Part shown: positions 14,572-23,375 of the stretch, piece after piece
Numbering within the stretch: position 1 is the first letter of the stretch
How the letters are laid out: each line of letters begins with the position of its first letter
IMG/VR virus record: IMGVR_UViG_3300018081_000005
DNA length: 57,491 nucleotides
Reading direction: 5' to 3' (one strand)
Source of the DNA: a virus
Translations under genes and position numbers: made by a program
Notes under the pieces: model-generated
Database searches by the model: none
Told to the model about the DNA's origin: nothing
Seen by the model: the letters and a program-made list of their open reading frames with translations, nothing else

Positions 14572-16836
14572 TTAGTCATTAGGATCAATGGGGACTAACC
14601 ATTTGGTCTGGACTGAGATCCCGAATGCCGCCACCTTGTCGCTCTTGCGGCCCCGAACCAGGATCATGTCTCGCCCAACCACTATGCCATCTATCCGTCC
14701 TTTGAGGCGTGGGAAGTCATATCGATTGATACGGACGTACACATCCTCATCGCCATCATCTACGCATCGGAGGACAACGCTCGTCTTGAGGTCCGGCCGC
14801 TTCATATCCCGCAGGATGTCCTTGACCTCGGTCCCATAGCGGGCTCGTTTGTTCTCTACATAGTCCTGGTAGTTGCGCTCCAAAACAAATCCTAGGAACA
14901 CCACTTCCAATTCGCTAACGTTTAGCAGTTCATCGCTCACATGCGTAGGCTTAGGCAAGCCGGCTTCGGGCAACCATTCTCGAACGCGCCCCATATCCTC
15001 TTCCAGGCGGCGAAGCCCGAACGGATCGTCCACATTGACTAATGGCCGCATCTTGTCCAGGATCTTAGGACCAATCCCCGATACCGTAAGCAATTCCTCC
15101 ACCTGAGTGAATCCGCCGCGCTCCGCCTCCGCCGCCGCTATCTTGGCGGCTACTACCGGCCCAACTCCGGGTAGGGTCTCGTATCCCGCCACGAGCTCGC
15201 CTTTACGCGGAGACGACCAACCGATGGCGCTTTCGCCTAGGGTGACTCCCCGGACCCGAACCTTATGCCGTTCAGCATCCCTTACCAAAATGGGACGTTG
15301 TGCGTCCGGCGTCCGCTCCAGCTTGATCTGATAGAACTCAGTGGTGTAGTGTTGCTTGAACCATTGGCACCAGTATCCGATGATACTGTACGAAAGCGAG
15401 TGACTATATACGAACGCATACGAGGCCGAGGTAACAACGCGCTCCCAAACCTTGGCGGCTACCTCTCTTGAGACCCCGTTGAGCTTCATAGCCGTAGTGA
15501 TGAAGTCTTCCGAGGAAGCGTTGAACTGAGCCTCGCCTAGTTTCTGACTGATGATCCGCCGAATATCATGTACCCGCCCAATGGGCAGGCCACCGAATTC
15601 CCCGAGCGCATGCAACACCTGTTCCTGATAGATGATCTGACCTCTTGTGGGCGCCGCGATCCGATCAACAATGGGATGGATCTTCGGAATCTCCATCAGG
15701 CCGCGCTTGATGTTGATGAACTCGGTGGTAGTCCCAGAGAACAACGGACCTGGCCGCGAGAGCGCGTTGACGTGAATGAGCTCGTAAATGTCTTCGGGCT
15801 TGACCTCACGGCAGACCAGGCGGGTAGCTCTCCCTTCGAATTGGAAAACGCCAACCACATCTGCGCGGACAAACGCATCAAATGTCAGCTTGTCGTTCAA
15901 CGGGAGCGCGTACAACTCCTCCAGACTCATTCCAGTCAGCCTTAGCATCTCCGCTATCTCGCCCATGGTGGTGAGACCCAAGACATCGATCTTCATCAGT
16001 CCTAGGTACTCAGCATCCTTCTTGTCCACCGAGACCGCTGCAATCGGACGGCCATGAACATCACGCGAGTACATAGCGCAAACGTCTGCGATCGGAGTAT
16101 CGGAGATCACCAGCCCGGCCGCGTGGGTACTCATCCCACGGTAGTTGCCTTCAAGCGCAATAGCCATACGTAGCGCGGGATACTCCGCCAGGACCGCCGC
16201 CGCTAGCGGGAAGGAATCAAAGGTGTCCACAAGAGAGGCGTCCGCGCGAGAGTCGCCGCCGGACCGCTCAATGATCATCCCCTTGACAGTCTCCAGTGGA
16301 CCATATGGGATGCTGTAGACCCGCCCAACGTCCGTGAGGCTATTCTTCCCCTTGTACTTGGTGAAGGTCCCGATGTTAGCGACACAGTCCGGCCCCCAAC
16401 GATTGACCGCATAAGTCCGGACCTCGTGCCGCCGGACGTCATCAAAGTCAACGTCAATGTCCGGTAGGTCAACACGGGTAGGGTCAATGAACCGGGTGAA
16501 GTCTGTAAGCGGGAACTGGAGCGGATCGGGTTCGGTAATGCGAAGTAGGTAACACACCAAACTGGCCGCTGAGCTACCGCGCCCAGGGCCCACCGCGATG
16601 CCTTGGTCCTTAGCCCAGCGAACGATATCGGACACCAATAGGAAGTAGCTTACGAAGTCCTTGGAGATGATGAGTTCCATCTCTCGGTGCATTTGCTCCA
16701 GATACTCCGCTTGGCGGGTCTTGAGGTTGCGATTCCCTTGCGCGAACCGGTATCGCCATCCTTCCCGAAGCCAAGCCCACAGGATTTCTACCGGTTCAAC
16801 GTTCAAGGTCTTCGGTCGGACCATTGTCATTACCAT
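14572..16836 (-). CDS. dnaE: DNA polymerase III alpha (DnaE-type) catalytic core, lacking the PHP domain
   Basis: FVSYFLLVSDIVRWAKDQGIAVGPGRGSSAASLVCYLLRITEPDP...DLPDIDVDFDD is the DnaE palm signature. HhH segment PGVGPVVAAKI...VSGIGPKILDKM. C-terminal OB-like region. Confidence 0.9.
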   Translation of the reverse strand: MVMTMVRPKTLNVEPVEILWAWLREGWRYRFAQGNRNLKTRQAEYLEQMHREMELIISKDFVSYFLLVSDIVRWAKDQGIAVGPGRGSSAASLVCYLLRITEPDPLQFPLTDFTRFIDPTRVDLPDIDVDFDDVRRHEVRTYAVNRWGPDCVANIGTFTKYKGKNSLTDVGRVYSIPYGPLETVKGMIIERSGGDSRADASLVDTFDSFPLAAAVLAEYPALRMAIALEGNYRGMSTHAAGLVISDTPIADVCAMYSRDVHGRPIAAVSVDKKDAEYLGLMKIDVLGLTTMGEIAEMLRLTGMSLEELYALPLNDKLTFDAFVRADVVGVFQFEGRATRLVCREVKPEDIYELIHVNALSRPGPLFSGTTTEFINIKRGLMEIPKIHPIVDRIAAPTRGQIIYQEQVLHALGEFGGLPIGRVHDIRRIISQKLGEAQFNASSEDFITTAMKLNGVSREVAAKVWERVVTSASYAFVYSHSLSYSIIGYWCQWFKQHYTTEFYQIKLERTPDAQRPILVRDAERHKVRVRGVTLGESAIGWSSPRKGELVAGYETLPGVGPVVAAKIAAAEAERGGFTQVEELLTVSGIGPKILDKMRPLVNVDDPFGLRRLEEDMGRVREWLPEAGLPKPTHVSDELLNVSELEVVFLGFVLERNYQDYVENKRARYGTEVKDILRDMKRPDLKTSVVLRCVDDGDEDVYVRINRYDFPRLKGRIDGIVVGRDMILVRGRKSDKVAAFGISVQTKWLVPIDPND

Positions 16837-17738
16837 ACTAGGTCGGCCTCCGTTCCCTTATAGCGGAACCGTTCTGCTTTGGGCAACGTCACGTTACAAC
16901 GCTCCGCTACCTCAGCGGTATTCGCCATGATCTGCTGCGCTTGTTTGCGCTTGTAGCCTATCCCGCGTAACCGCTCTAATACATACTCATCATTAATAGG
17001 TGGGTAATCCGGGACGTCATATTCCCAGCTTGACAGCTGCTTGGCTATAGTATTGTTCCCGCGACCGGCAGCGTGGAGAAGCGCCCGCATCTCGCCTTGC
17101 CCCGGCCTAATGGTATGGACGTCGAACGTGACGACCAACGGGATCCTATGTAGCTCCGAAATCCGCCGGTATGCCTCCGCTATCAGCTTGGCGCGCGGGA
17201 ACTCCGGGAATGCTTGGACCTCAAGATAGTATCGATCACCGAACAGCGCACGGAAGTTGGTCGCTACCCGCTGGGCCTTCTTGAAGCTAGCATCCTCTTC
17301 AGGGATGTCCTTCCCGCCCAAGAGCGTACAAGCTAGGAGGCTGTCGCTACATCCGCTCAAGCAGATCAGGCCTTCATCATGATCCGCGAGCATCTGGCCG
17401 CTCACCGTTGGGTAGTAATAGAACCCCTCCGCCCAAGAGCGGGTAACGATCCTATTGAGGTTAGCGTAACCAGTCTGGTCGGCCGCCAATAGCGTCAAGT
17501 GGAACTTGCGCTGGGAATCTGACTGCGGGTGAGTGTATGCCTCCAAACCGAAGATTGGTTTGATCCCAGCCTTCTGTGCGGCTTTCTCCAATCCTACATG
17601 GGAACTGACGTTGCCGTGCTCCGTAGCCGCAATGGCGGGTAACTCCAGTTCAACAGCGCGCTCAACGTGCTGAGCCGGCGTCCCGAACCCATCCATGTAG
17701 CTGAACGTCGTATGGTGGTGGAGGCTAGGCGTCAGCAT
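16830..17738 (-). CDS. dnaE: PHP-domain protein = N-terminal domain of DnaE, encoded as a separate ORF
   Basis: LHHHTTFSYMDGFGTP...AATEHGNVSSHV...PIFGLEAY is the DnaE PHP motif set. It ends in TAA, overlapping the ATG of the core ORF (ATGGTAA), in the -1 frame relationship. Confidence 0.85.
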   Translation of the reverse strand: MLTPSLHHHTTFSYMDGFGTPAQHVERAVELELPAIAATEHGNVSSHVGLEKAAQKAGIKPIFGLEAYTHPQSDSQRKFHLTLLAADQTGYANLNRIVTRSWAEGFYYYPTVSGQMLADHDEGLICLSGCSDSLLACTLLGGKDIPEEDASFKKAQRVATNFRALFGDRYYLEVQAFPEFPRAKLIAEAYRRISELHRIPLVVTFDVHTIRPGQGEMRALLHAAGRGNNTIAKQLSSWEYDVPDYPPINDEYVLERLRGIGYKRKQAQQIMANTAEVAERCNVTLPKAERFRYKGTEADLVW

Positions 17739-17858
17739 CCCGATCCCACCAACGATAACTGATACAAAGGAATGGTATGGGACAAACGAATAGCTCCCCC
17801 GGTCCGAAGTAGGCTCCGATCCAGAAGTCGTACCAACGCCAACGAATCCTCCAACGCC

Positions 17859-18188
17859 TCACGGATGCTCCCATACCAGGCCGCCGGTGAAATCGCCTTT
17901 AGCCGCCACTTTAGCGCTGATGTACGATTCTATCTGAGGCCATTGGATTCCCGTTCGGACCATCAAGAATGTGACGGCGACCTCAACTACGTCGCAACCC
18001 TCTGCAATGATATCCGTATTCAGCCCTAGCTCGTGGGCCTCTACTAGCTCGCTCAGTTCCTCCAGGATCTTCTTGAGAAGTAGGGTCTCGTGCTCCGTCC
18101 GGTCCCTTACCGGCCGAAAGCTATCGGAGCTACAGGGAACGAATCCCTCCGCCTCACGGATCCTGTCGCGTACTATCTTGGTTGCCAT
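17859..18188 (-). CDS. Small MazG/PRA-PH-like nucleotide pyrophosphohydrolase
   Basis: N-terminal KIVRDRIRE and the helical acidic segment KKILEELSELVEA...EGCDVVEV resemble the house-cleaning NTP-PPase family. Confidence 0.6.
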   Translation of the reverse strand: MATKIVRDRIREAEGFVPCSSDSFRPVRDRTEHETLLLKKILEELSELVEAHELGLNTDIIAEGCDVVEVAVTFLMVRTGIQWPQIESYISAKVAAKGDFTGGLVWEHP

Positions 18189-18669
18189 CCGTTCCCTCCC
18201 AGACTAGATCGATACCCGCCCAAGCGGCATACTTCAAACAATCCTCACACGGAACGGATGAGGTATAGATCGTCACGCCTAACGGTCGGGCCCAACCTTC
18301 AAGGCTACGCGCTCTCTGCGAATGGCGGAAGTTCTCTGCCGCGTTTAACTCCGCATGGAGATACACGCAATTGGAGTACCCTACACCATGGGGCTGCTCT
18401 TCGGCCGAGAGGAATCCGCGCGGGCAACCCCCACCCATACAAGTAGCCGCGTTCTCGGAGCGCTCCATCCCGTTCCATCCGAGCTCGCGTTGCCGGCCGT
18501 TGGATACCAGGACCGCACCCACGTTCCGCCGCACGCAGGTCCCCATCATATCGCCGACTATATGGGCGATACGTAAGTACATGAAATGCGAGGAGTCAAG
18601 GAAGACTATCGGATTGGAGTGGGATATCACATCAGGTTCAAGCTGATCCACTTTCCCATCTCCTCCCAT
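18154..18669 (-). CDS. dCMP (deoxycytidylate) deaminase
   Basis: Zinc motifs HAELNAAEN and PCEDCLKYAAWAGI. VGAVLV core. ORF 18154-18771 trimmed; a GTG at 18630 overlapping the UDG stop (GTGA) is an alternative start. Confidence 0.85.
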   Translation of the reverse strand: MGGDGKVDQLEPDVISHSNPIVFLDSSHFMYLRIAHIVGDMMGTCVRRNVGAVLVSNGRQRELGWNGMERSENAATCMGGGCPRGFLSAEEQPHGVGYSNCVYLHAELNAAENFRHSQRARSLEGWARPLGVTIYTSSVPCEDCLKYAAWAGIDLVWEGTDGNQDSTRQDP

Positions 18670-19247
18670 TGACGCTCCATTATGGTGCGCGCTCGCGGTC
18701 CATCTCGGAGACCCCAAGCTGGATGGTATTGAATCCAGACGAAGGTCTCGCCGTCCTGCATCGCCAACCAATCACCAGGCTTAGAACGGATCTCCACGGG
18801 AGTAAGCGCGCCGCGCGCCGTTGCACCTACAGCTACAATGAGAGTCGGCCGGCCAATCGCCTTCCACTCCTCTCTGAGAGCTTGTTGCCCGTGGAGGATC
18901 TCAGCGATAGTTGGGGTCCGGTTCCCAGGCGGCCGATACTTCACCACATTGGTAATGAAGGAGTTCGCAGAGAATGTCCCCATATCGTGCTCTTCGCCTT
19001 CACGGGTATCCTCCGCATACAGACCGGCCAGCGCCATCAGTTGGGTCAACACCCGCCCGCTAGGACCGCAGAATGGACGCCGTTTGAGGTTCTCGGTCGC
19101 CCCTGGTGCCTCCCCAACAATCATGGCTAACGGATCGTCAGAGTTGCCTCGTCCAGGGACCAAGACGATGCCCGGTTGCCGAAGATGGTTCCAACCATCA
19201 TCCTCCCGGATAGCCTCGTAAACATCAGATAGATCCACGACGATCAA
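18627..19247 (-). CDS. Uracil-DNA glycosylase, family 4 type
   Basis: GEAPGATENLKRRPFCGPSG, FITNVVKYRPPGNRTP and QYHPAWGLR match the UDG family 4 motifs. Confidence 0.8.
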   Translation of the reverse strand: MIVVDLSDVYEAIREDDGWNHLRQPGIVLVPGRGNSDDPLAMIVGEAPGATENLKRRPFCGPSGRVLTQLMALAGLYAEDTREGEEHDMGTFSANSFITNVVKYRPPGNRTPTIAEILHGQQALREEWKAIGRPTLIVAVGATARGALTPVEIRSKPGDWLAMQDGETFVWIQYHPAWGLRDGPRARTIMERQWEEMGKWISLNLM

Positions 19248-19632
19248 CCTTCTGCTGGATCATATCGATTGTCAGGAATGCGTGACCGATGAGATCCCTA
19301 CAGATCTCGTCCGGTCCCTCTTGCGTCAGTTCCTCGCCGTCCCAGAGCGCGCGGCGTAGCGGTCCGATCTTCCGCCAAATATCAGCGAACTGGCCGGCCG
19401 GACCGAGGACGTTGGCGTTGGCGTCTCCGTAGTGAAGACTCTTCTCGACAAATCGTTGGGCGAACGCCGGAATGATTTCCATTATGATCCGACGAGCTTG
19501 CGGGCCCAATTGATCCCAAGCCTCCGGACTGATCCCGAGGCTGAGGCATATCACATCCGACCTCTCGACCGACCCGTCCCCATCCATGGCTAGTTGGATT
19601 GCATCTCGTGCATTCATTTCAGCGACCTCCAT
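19225..19632 (-). CDS. Helical protein resembling DUF1599 / nucleotide-modification-associated domain 1
   Basis: Pattern HYGDANANVLGPAGQFADIWRKIGPLRRAL...EGPDEICRDLIGHAFLTIDMI resembles the DYG...D-x-x-x-K-x-x-R...D-x-x-N-Y layout I recall for DUF1599. From memory only. Confidence 0.4.
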   Translation of the reverse strand: MEVAEMNARDAIQLAMDGDGSVERSDVICLSLGISPEAWDQLGPQARRIIMEIIPAFAQRFVEKSLHYGDANANVLGPAGQFADIWRKIGPLRRALWDGEELTQEGPDEICRDLIGHAFLTIDMIQQKVDRRGSI

Positions 19633-20341
19633 TTACGGTAATGATGTCTCCCGTCCATCCTTTGACGTCGGATAGGAGAACATCGCAAGCAACAGATGCA
19701 ACCTCGGTCGTAGATAGGTGGCGACCGATTGGGGACGAGGATAGCTCATACTTCGTCGCCCAGGAGCGCGCCCAGCCCCGTATTTCGGGCACACGCTCAT
19801 CTACGTACTCGGTCATAGCGGTCCCGACAACCTTCCCCGGCGCGAGACCGTTGACCCGCCAGCCCTCCGCCGCTAGCTCGCGCGAGGCTACCCGAATCAC
19901 CATATCCAACGCAGCCTTGCTAGCGCAGTAGGCCATGGAAGTCCGCATTGGACGTACGGCGGCATCCGAAGTAATCGCCAGGACCGAGTACGGCTTACTG
20001 GTAAGCTGTAGTCCTTTGAGAACGTTCATGAAGCCCCAGACGTTGGTCGCCATGATGCGGTCGAAGGACTTCCGCTCAACCGCCCAACTCCAGTCAAGCT
20101 CATTGACCCCAACGGAATACACCACGGAGTCCGGGCTGCACTCGTCCAAGAGTAGGCCCAACTCCTCAATGGCATACTCGTCGCGCGTCACGTCTAGGAC
20201 TTCCAGCGGGGGCGCAAATGCCAAATGCCCTAGATCCGTTAGCCGCGTACAGATTGCTTCCCCGATCCCATTTGGAGAGGTCCCTCCAAGGACCAGGACG
20301 CTCCGGCTTACAGCCCCGTTATCTGCAGTTCCTTTATCCAT
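19619..20341 (-). CDS. Short-chain dehydrogenase/reductase (SDR)
   Basis: Rossmann motif VLVLGGTSPNGIGEAI and catalytic YCASKAAL (YxxxK). About 240 aa, classical SDR length. Confidence 0.8.
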   Translation of the reverse strand: MDKGTADNGAVSRSVLVLGGTSPNGIGEAICTRLTDLGHLAFAPPLEVLDVTRDEYAIEELGLLLDECSPDSVVYSVGVNELDWSWAVERKSFDRIMATNVWGFMNVLKGLQLTSKPYSVLAITSDAAVRPMRTSMAYCASKAALDMVIRVASRELAAEGWRVNGLAPGKVVGTAMTEYVDERVPEIRGWARSWATKYELSSSPIGRHLSTTEVASVACDVLLSDVKGWTGDIITVNGGR

Positions 20342-20982
20342 TTCCCTCTCTCTTCCTTCCAGGATTGCACAGCATCTAGTAGGACTTCCCTTGCGCGGAT
20401 GAGAGTCTCGACTGACTCAGCAGCTTGGATAGGATTAGCTCCCGCCACCCGATTGTAAGGCTGGTCTCGCAGGACCACGAACGCCTTGGGGAACAAACGC
20501 TGGGCCTCTGCGTATAGCTCCGGTAAGTCCTCCAATACGCCTGCTACCCGCCAACCGGCTTGACGTCTCAGCTCGCGGTACTTGTCGTCTCCATATAGAA
20601 TGGCGTCATACTTGATCTTGTTACGTAACAACCATTCCCTGGTATCGGGGTCGATGCTATCTAGCCGCAAGTAGGGGCGGGTGGTGCAGATCCAAACCTC
20701 CGCACCCTTCCGGCGGATATCGGTTGCTAACTCCGCTGCACCCGGATAACAAGGCATGAACCGCTTAAGCCCGCCTTGACGATAGGCCAGCTTGCATTCA
20801 CGATACTGCCGCAATTGAACGCCCATGAACTTATGGAGCCGCATTCCCGGATTGATCTCATCAGACTTAGGCATGGGCTTGCCTAGCCATTGCTCCGCGA
20901 ACCAAAGGAAGTGGCCGTGGTAGTCGCCTAGCGTCCCGTCGATATCCAACGCCACTATAGGTTTGGTTCGCATAGGGATCAC
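20308..20982 (-). CDS. HAD-superfamily phosphatase (nucleotidase-like)
   Basis: Motif I ALDIDGTLGD, motif II ICTTRP and a C-terminal Asp region (GDDKY..). Substrate unknown. Confidence 0.65.
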   Translation of the reverse strand: MIPMRTKPIVALDIDGTLGDYHGHFLWFAEQWLGKPMPKSDEINPGMRLHKFMGVQLRQYRECKLAYRQGGLKRFMPCYPGAAELATDIRRKGAEVWICTTRPYLRLDSIDPDTREWLLRNKIKYDAILYGDDKYRELRRQAGWRVAGVLEDLPELYAEAQRLFPKAFVVLRDQPYNRVAGANPIQAAESVETLIRAREVLLDAVQSWKEERGKWIKELQITGL

Positions 20983-21809
20983 CGCATCGATTCGAGTACG
21001 GTACGAGTCTTTGTATACGCCTGATGACTGTACTCACCCTTGGTCCAAGTGCCATACCGGCCAACCCGCAAGACCGGCGAGTCGCCAAGTCGGAGCCAAC
21101 AACTACACAAAGTCCGGATCGGCTTGTTGACGCGCGCTATCCCTTTGATAGGCGGCCGAGGACCATCCGGCCACTCCGCCGTACGATGGCCGAAGACATT
21201 GCTAGCCCGATACCAGCGCGGGCTGTCCTCCCCGTTGACGATGACCGTCCAGGGCTCAACCGTAACCGAGCATTCAAGCCCCAACTCCGGCGCGTCCCCT
21301 TGCGCCCAAACACTTTGGACCAGGAATTGGTGTCCGCCTACGCAGGCTGACGCTAGCGGGATACCCCAGACAACGAGATCGGCGCCGATGATCCTTCCTT
21401 GGCTATCGAGCCAAGCCGGCGTGATCTCGGTTGGTTGGATGAGTCCTTGGAAGCGCTCCCAAGCGTTCTCGTATGTAGCACGGATATCCCAGGCGTCATG
21501 ATGGGGAGCGAGCGCGTCTGGAGATACCGTGACCGATGACCCAGACCCGTATACCTTACGGCGATAGCCGTCAACGGTCCCCTTAAGGATGTAGGAGACC
21601 GTTTCGCGAGCCATTGGAGGAATGGTCAAACCGGGGATCGGTTCGTGAAGATACTGCGCTCCATGCAATGGTGAACGCTCGCCCCTTGCATAGATCTGAA
21701 CCACATTCCCGGTGTCGTATGCCGCCTGGGCCGCGAAGAGTCCCGCCGGACCGGACCCGAAGATCGCAACCATTAATGGACGCTTTGGCTTCGGCTTCCA
21801 GAAGCTCAT
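20979..21809 (-). CDS. FAD/NAD(P)-binding oxidoreductase-like protein
   Basis: N-terminal dinucleotide-binding fingerprint VAIFGSGPAGLFAAQAA. The rest is unrecognised. Only one Rossmann motif seen in 276 aa. Confidence 0.6.
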   Translation of the reverse strand: MSFWKPKPKRPLMVAIFGSGPAGLFAAQAAYDTGNVVQIYARGERSPLHGAQYLHEPIPGLTIPPMARETVSYILKGTVDGYRRKVYGSGSSVTVSPDALAPHHDAWDIRATYENAWERFQGLIQPTEITPAWLDSQGRIIGADLVVWGIPLASACVGGHQFLVQSVWAQGDAPELGLECSVTVEPWTVIVNGEDSPRWYRASNVFGHRTAEWPDGPRPPIKGIARVNKPIRTLCSCWLRLGDSPVLRVGRYGTWTKGEYSHQAYTKTRTVLESMR

Positions 21810-22084
21810 TCTCGCTCTGCCTTCCAGCGCTCCATGGCCTCATCCTTAATGACATTAATGTCCGGCATTCTGGGGGTATGTAGCATCACCGCTAGGCTCC
21901 ATGCTACACCTTCCGCGCGCCCCTCCGTTCGCGTCCGGTCCCATCCCGAGTCATCGTCGTAGTATTCATCCGGCTCCATCAACTTATCGATGCATAAGAT
22001 CAAGTCTTCCCAGAGAACCTCAATGATAGATGGTCCGGCGTACTTGGGACGCAATAGCTCTGCGTCTCCGGGCCGCGCAGGCAT
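21806..22084 (-). CDS. Hypothetical acidic protein (92 aa from MPARPGD...)
   Basis: ORF 21806-22105 trimmed to ATG 22084 (TAATG coupling). Confidence 0.45.
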   Translation of the reverse strand: MPARPGDAELLRPKYAGPSIIEVLWEDLILCIDKLMEPDEYYDDDSGWDRTRTEGRAEGVAWSLAVMLHTPRMPDINVIKDEAMERWKAERE

Positions 22085-22377
22085 TAGGAAACGCTCCCGC
22101 GCCATCCGTGCGTTTCGCAGACGATCGCAATTGGATGATGCGAGTCACCGGAGAACAGGAGATCTATCGCGCAGTCTCCAAAATCATTCTTCGTGCCGAT
22201 GTCCGGAGTCAGATCTTCGGTGCAGGGCGGCGTGGGCGCTCTCCCATGCGCCCCTTGCGCCGAGCCGAAAAGGTCGTCCGCGAGCGACCCGATCGGGTCC
22301 CGGGACCGGTTCGAGCGGTCCACCCCGCCCGTAGCATTCAGCGTGCCTGTGTTTGAAGTGGAGCGCGATCTGCTCAT
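22084..22377 (-). CDS. Hypothetical protein
   Basis: ORF track (97 aa). ATGA coupling to the upstream gene. High third-position G/C by hand count. Confidence 0.45.
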   Translation of the reverse strand: MSRSRSTSNTGTLNATGGVDRSNRSRDPIGSLADDLFGSAQGAHGRAPTPPCTEDLTPDIGTKNDFGDCAIDLLFSGDSHHPIAIVCETHGWRGSVS

Positions 22378-22628
22378 CCGTCATCTCTCCTAGCGCGATT
22401 ACGAGCGTCAACATCAGCAAGCCAATCTTCCATTGACATCGGCTCGAGGTAACCTTTGCAACGCGGCCCTTGATGGTGCGCCGAAAGTCTTACCAACGAC
22501 TGGTTAACGAATGTCGCATCCGGATACGGCTCGCAGCAACCAGGGAAAGGCGCATTCAACGCCACCATTACCACAGGCTCGCCGAAGCGTTCTACGGCAC
22601 GATTGGGGCGAGTACGTTTGGCCGACAT
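22374..22628 (-). CDS. Hypothetical protein
   Basis: ORF track (84 aa). RBS GAGAGAGGGAAC + 2 nt upstream of the ATG. Confidence 0.5.
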   Translation of the reverse strand: MSAKRTRPNRAVERFGEPVVMVALNAPFPGCCEPYPDATFVNQSLVRLSAHHQGPRCKGYLEPMSMEDWLADVDARNRARRDDG

Positions 22629-22665
22629 TGTTCCCTCTCTCGGTTCCTAACGTAATGCTACTCTC
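22629..22665 (-). promoter_or_regulatory. Candidate promoter with GAG-TAGCAT -10 element (no leader hairpin)
   Basis: Minus strand reads AACGAGAGTAGCATTACGTTAGGAACCGAGAGAGGGAACAATG, sharing the GAGTAnnnT core of the early promoters. The -35 is poor. Confidence 0.3.
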
Positions 22666-22757
22666 GTTGGTACGATGGGGGAAGGGGGCAGGCGCCAACG
22701 TAAATCCGTTGGATAGAAGGTTTGACCCCGCCCGCCCCCTAGCCTATCCCGCCATAG

Positions 22758-23357
22758 CTAGAACGGCGGCTCGTCGTCGTCGGCCTTGCTCTTCTTGCCC
22801 TTGCCGGCCTTGGCGGTCGCCGGCTTCTTGGACGGCTTGGCATCATCGGCCGGTTCTTCGTCGGAGTCAGCGATCTCCACGACCTGGTATCCGGTCCCTG
22901 CCTTCTCCAGACGCGGCTCGTCGTTCCAAGTTCCGCGCTTGACCGCAACGTACAGAATGATGTCCTCGCTGATGACCTTCCGGCCGATCTTGGTGACCAC
23001 GCCGTCCTCGTCGACGATCACCTTGGTCAGGAGGTCATTGGCGGAAACCCCAAGAGCCGCTGCGAACGCCTTGACGAAACCGGCGGCCGACTTGGTCATG
23101 ACGATACGGTCCCAGAGCGGGCAGCCGTTGTACTTGGCGTGATCTTTCTTCCAGGAGCCGTCCATGACGAGCAGGACGTTCAGCCCCTGATTGCCGGTCC
23201 CGAACTCCGTGTACTTCCCCCTCCGCCAACGGAATCGGTACACACCGCCGGTGGGGATGTCCCCGGCGTAGGTCTCGAAGCCATCCTCAGCATTCTCGAT
23301 ATCCTCAGCGGTGAGTTCTTCGTCCTCATCCGCTGCCGCCCAATTGATCTTCGGCAT
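22758..23357 (-). CDS. ssb: Single-stranded DNA-binding protein
   Basis: Acidic C-terminal tail ending DDDEPPF (the classic SSB partner-binding tip) after a Lys/Ala/Pro linker. Located within the recombination module. Confidence 0.7.
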   Translation of the reverse strand: MPKINWAAADEDEELTAEDIENAEDGFETYAGDIPTGGVYRFRWRRGKYTEFGTGNQGLNVLLVMDGSWKKDHAKYNGCPLWDRIVMTKSAAGFVKAFAAALGVSANDLLTKVIVDEDGVVTKIGRKVISEDIILYVAVKRGTWNDEPRLEKAGTGYQVVEIADSDEEPADDAKPSKKPATAKAGKGKKSKADDDEPPF

Positions 23358-23375
23358 GTTCTGTGTTCCCTCCTG

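Noticed and set aside
17739-17858. The 120-nt gap between the MazG-like gene and the PHP gene as a structured RNA or promoter.
   Set aside because: Only a short direct repeat (TCGGA...TTCGGA) and weak pairings are present. There is no GAGTAnnnT -10 context and no convincing hairpin.
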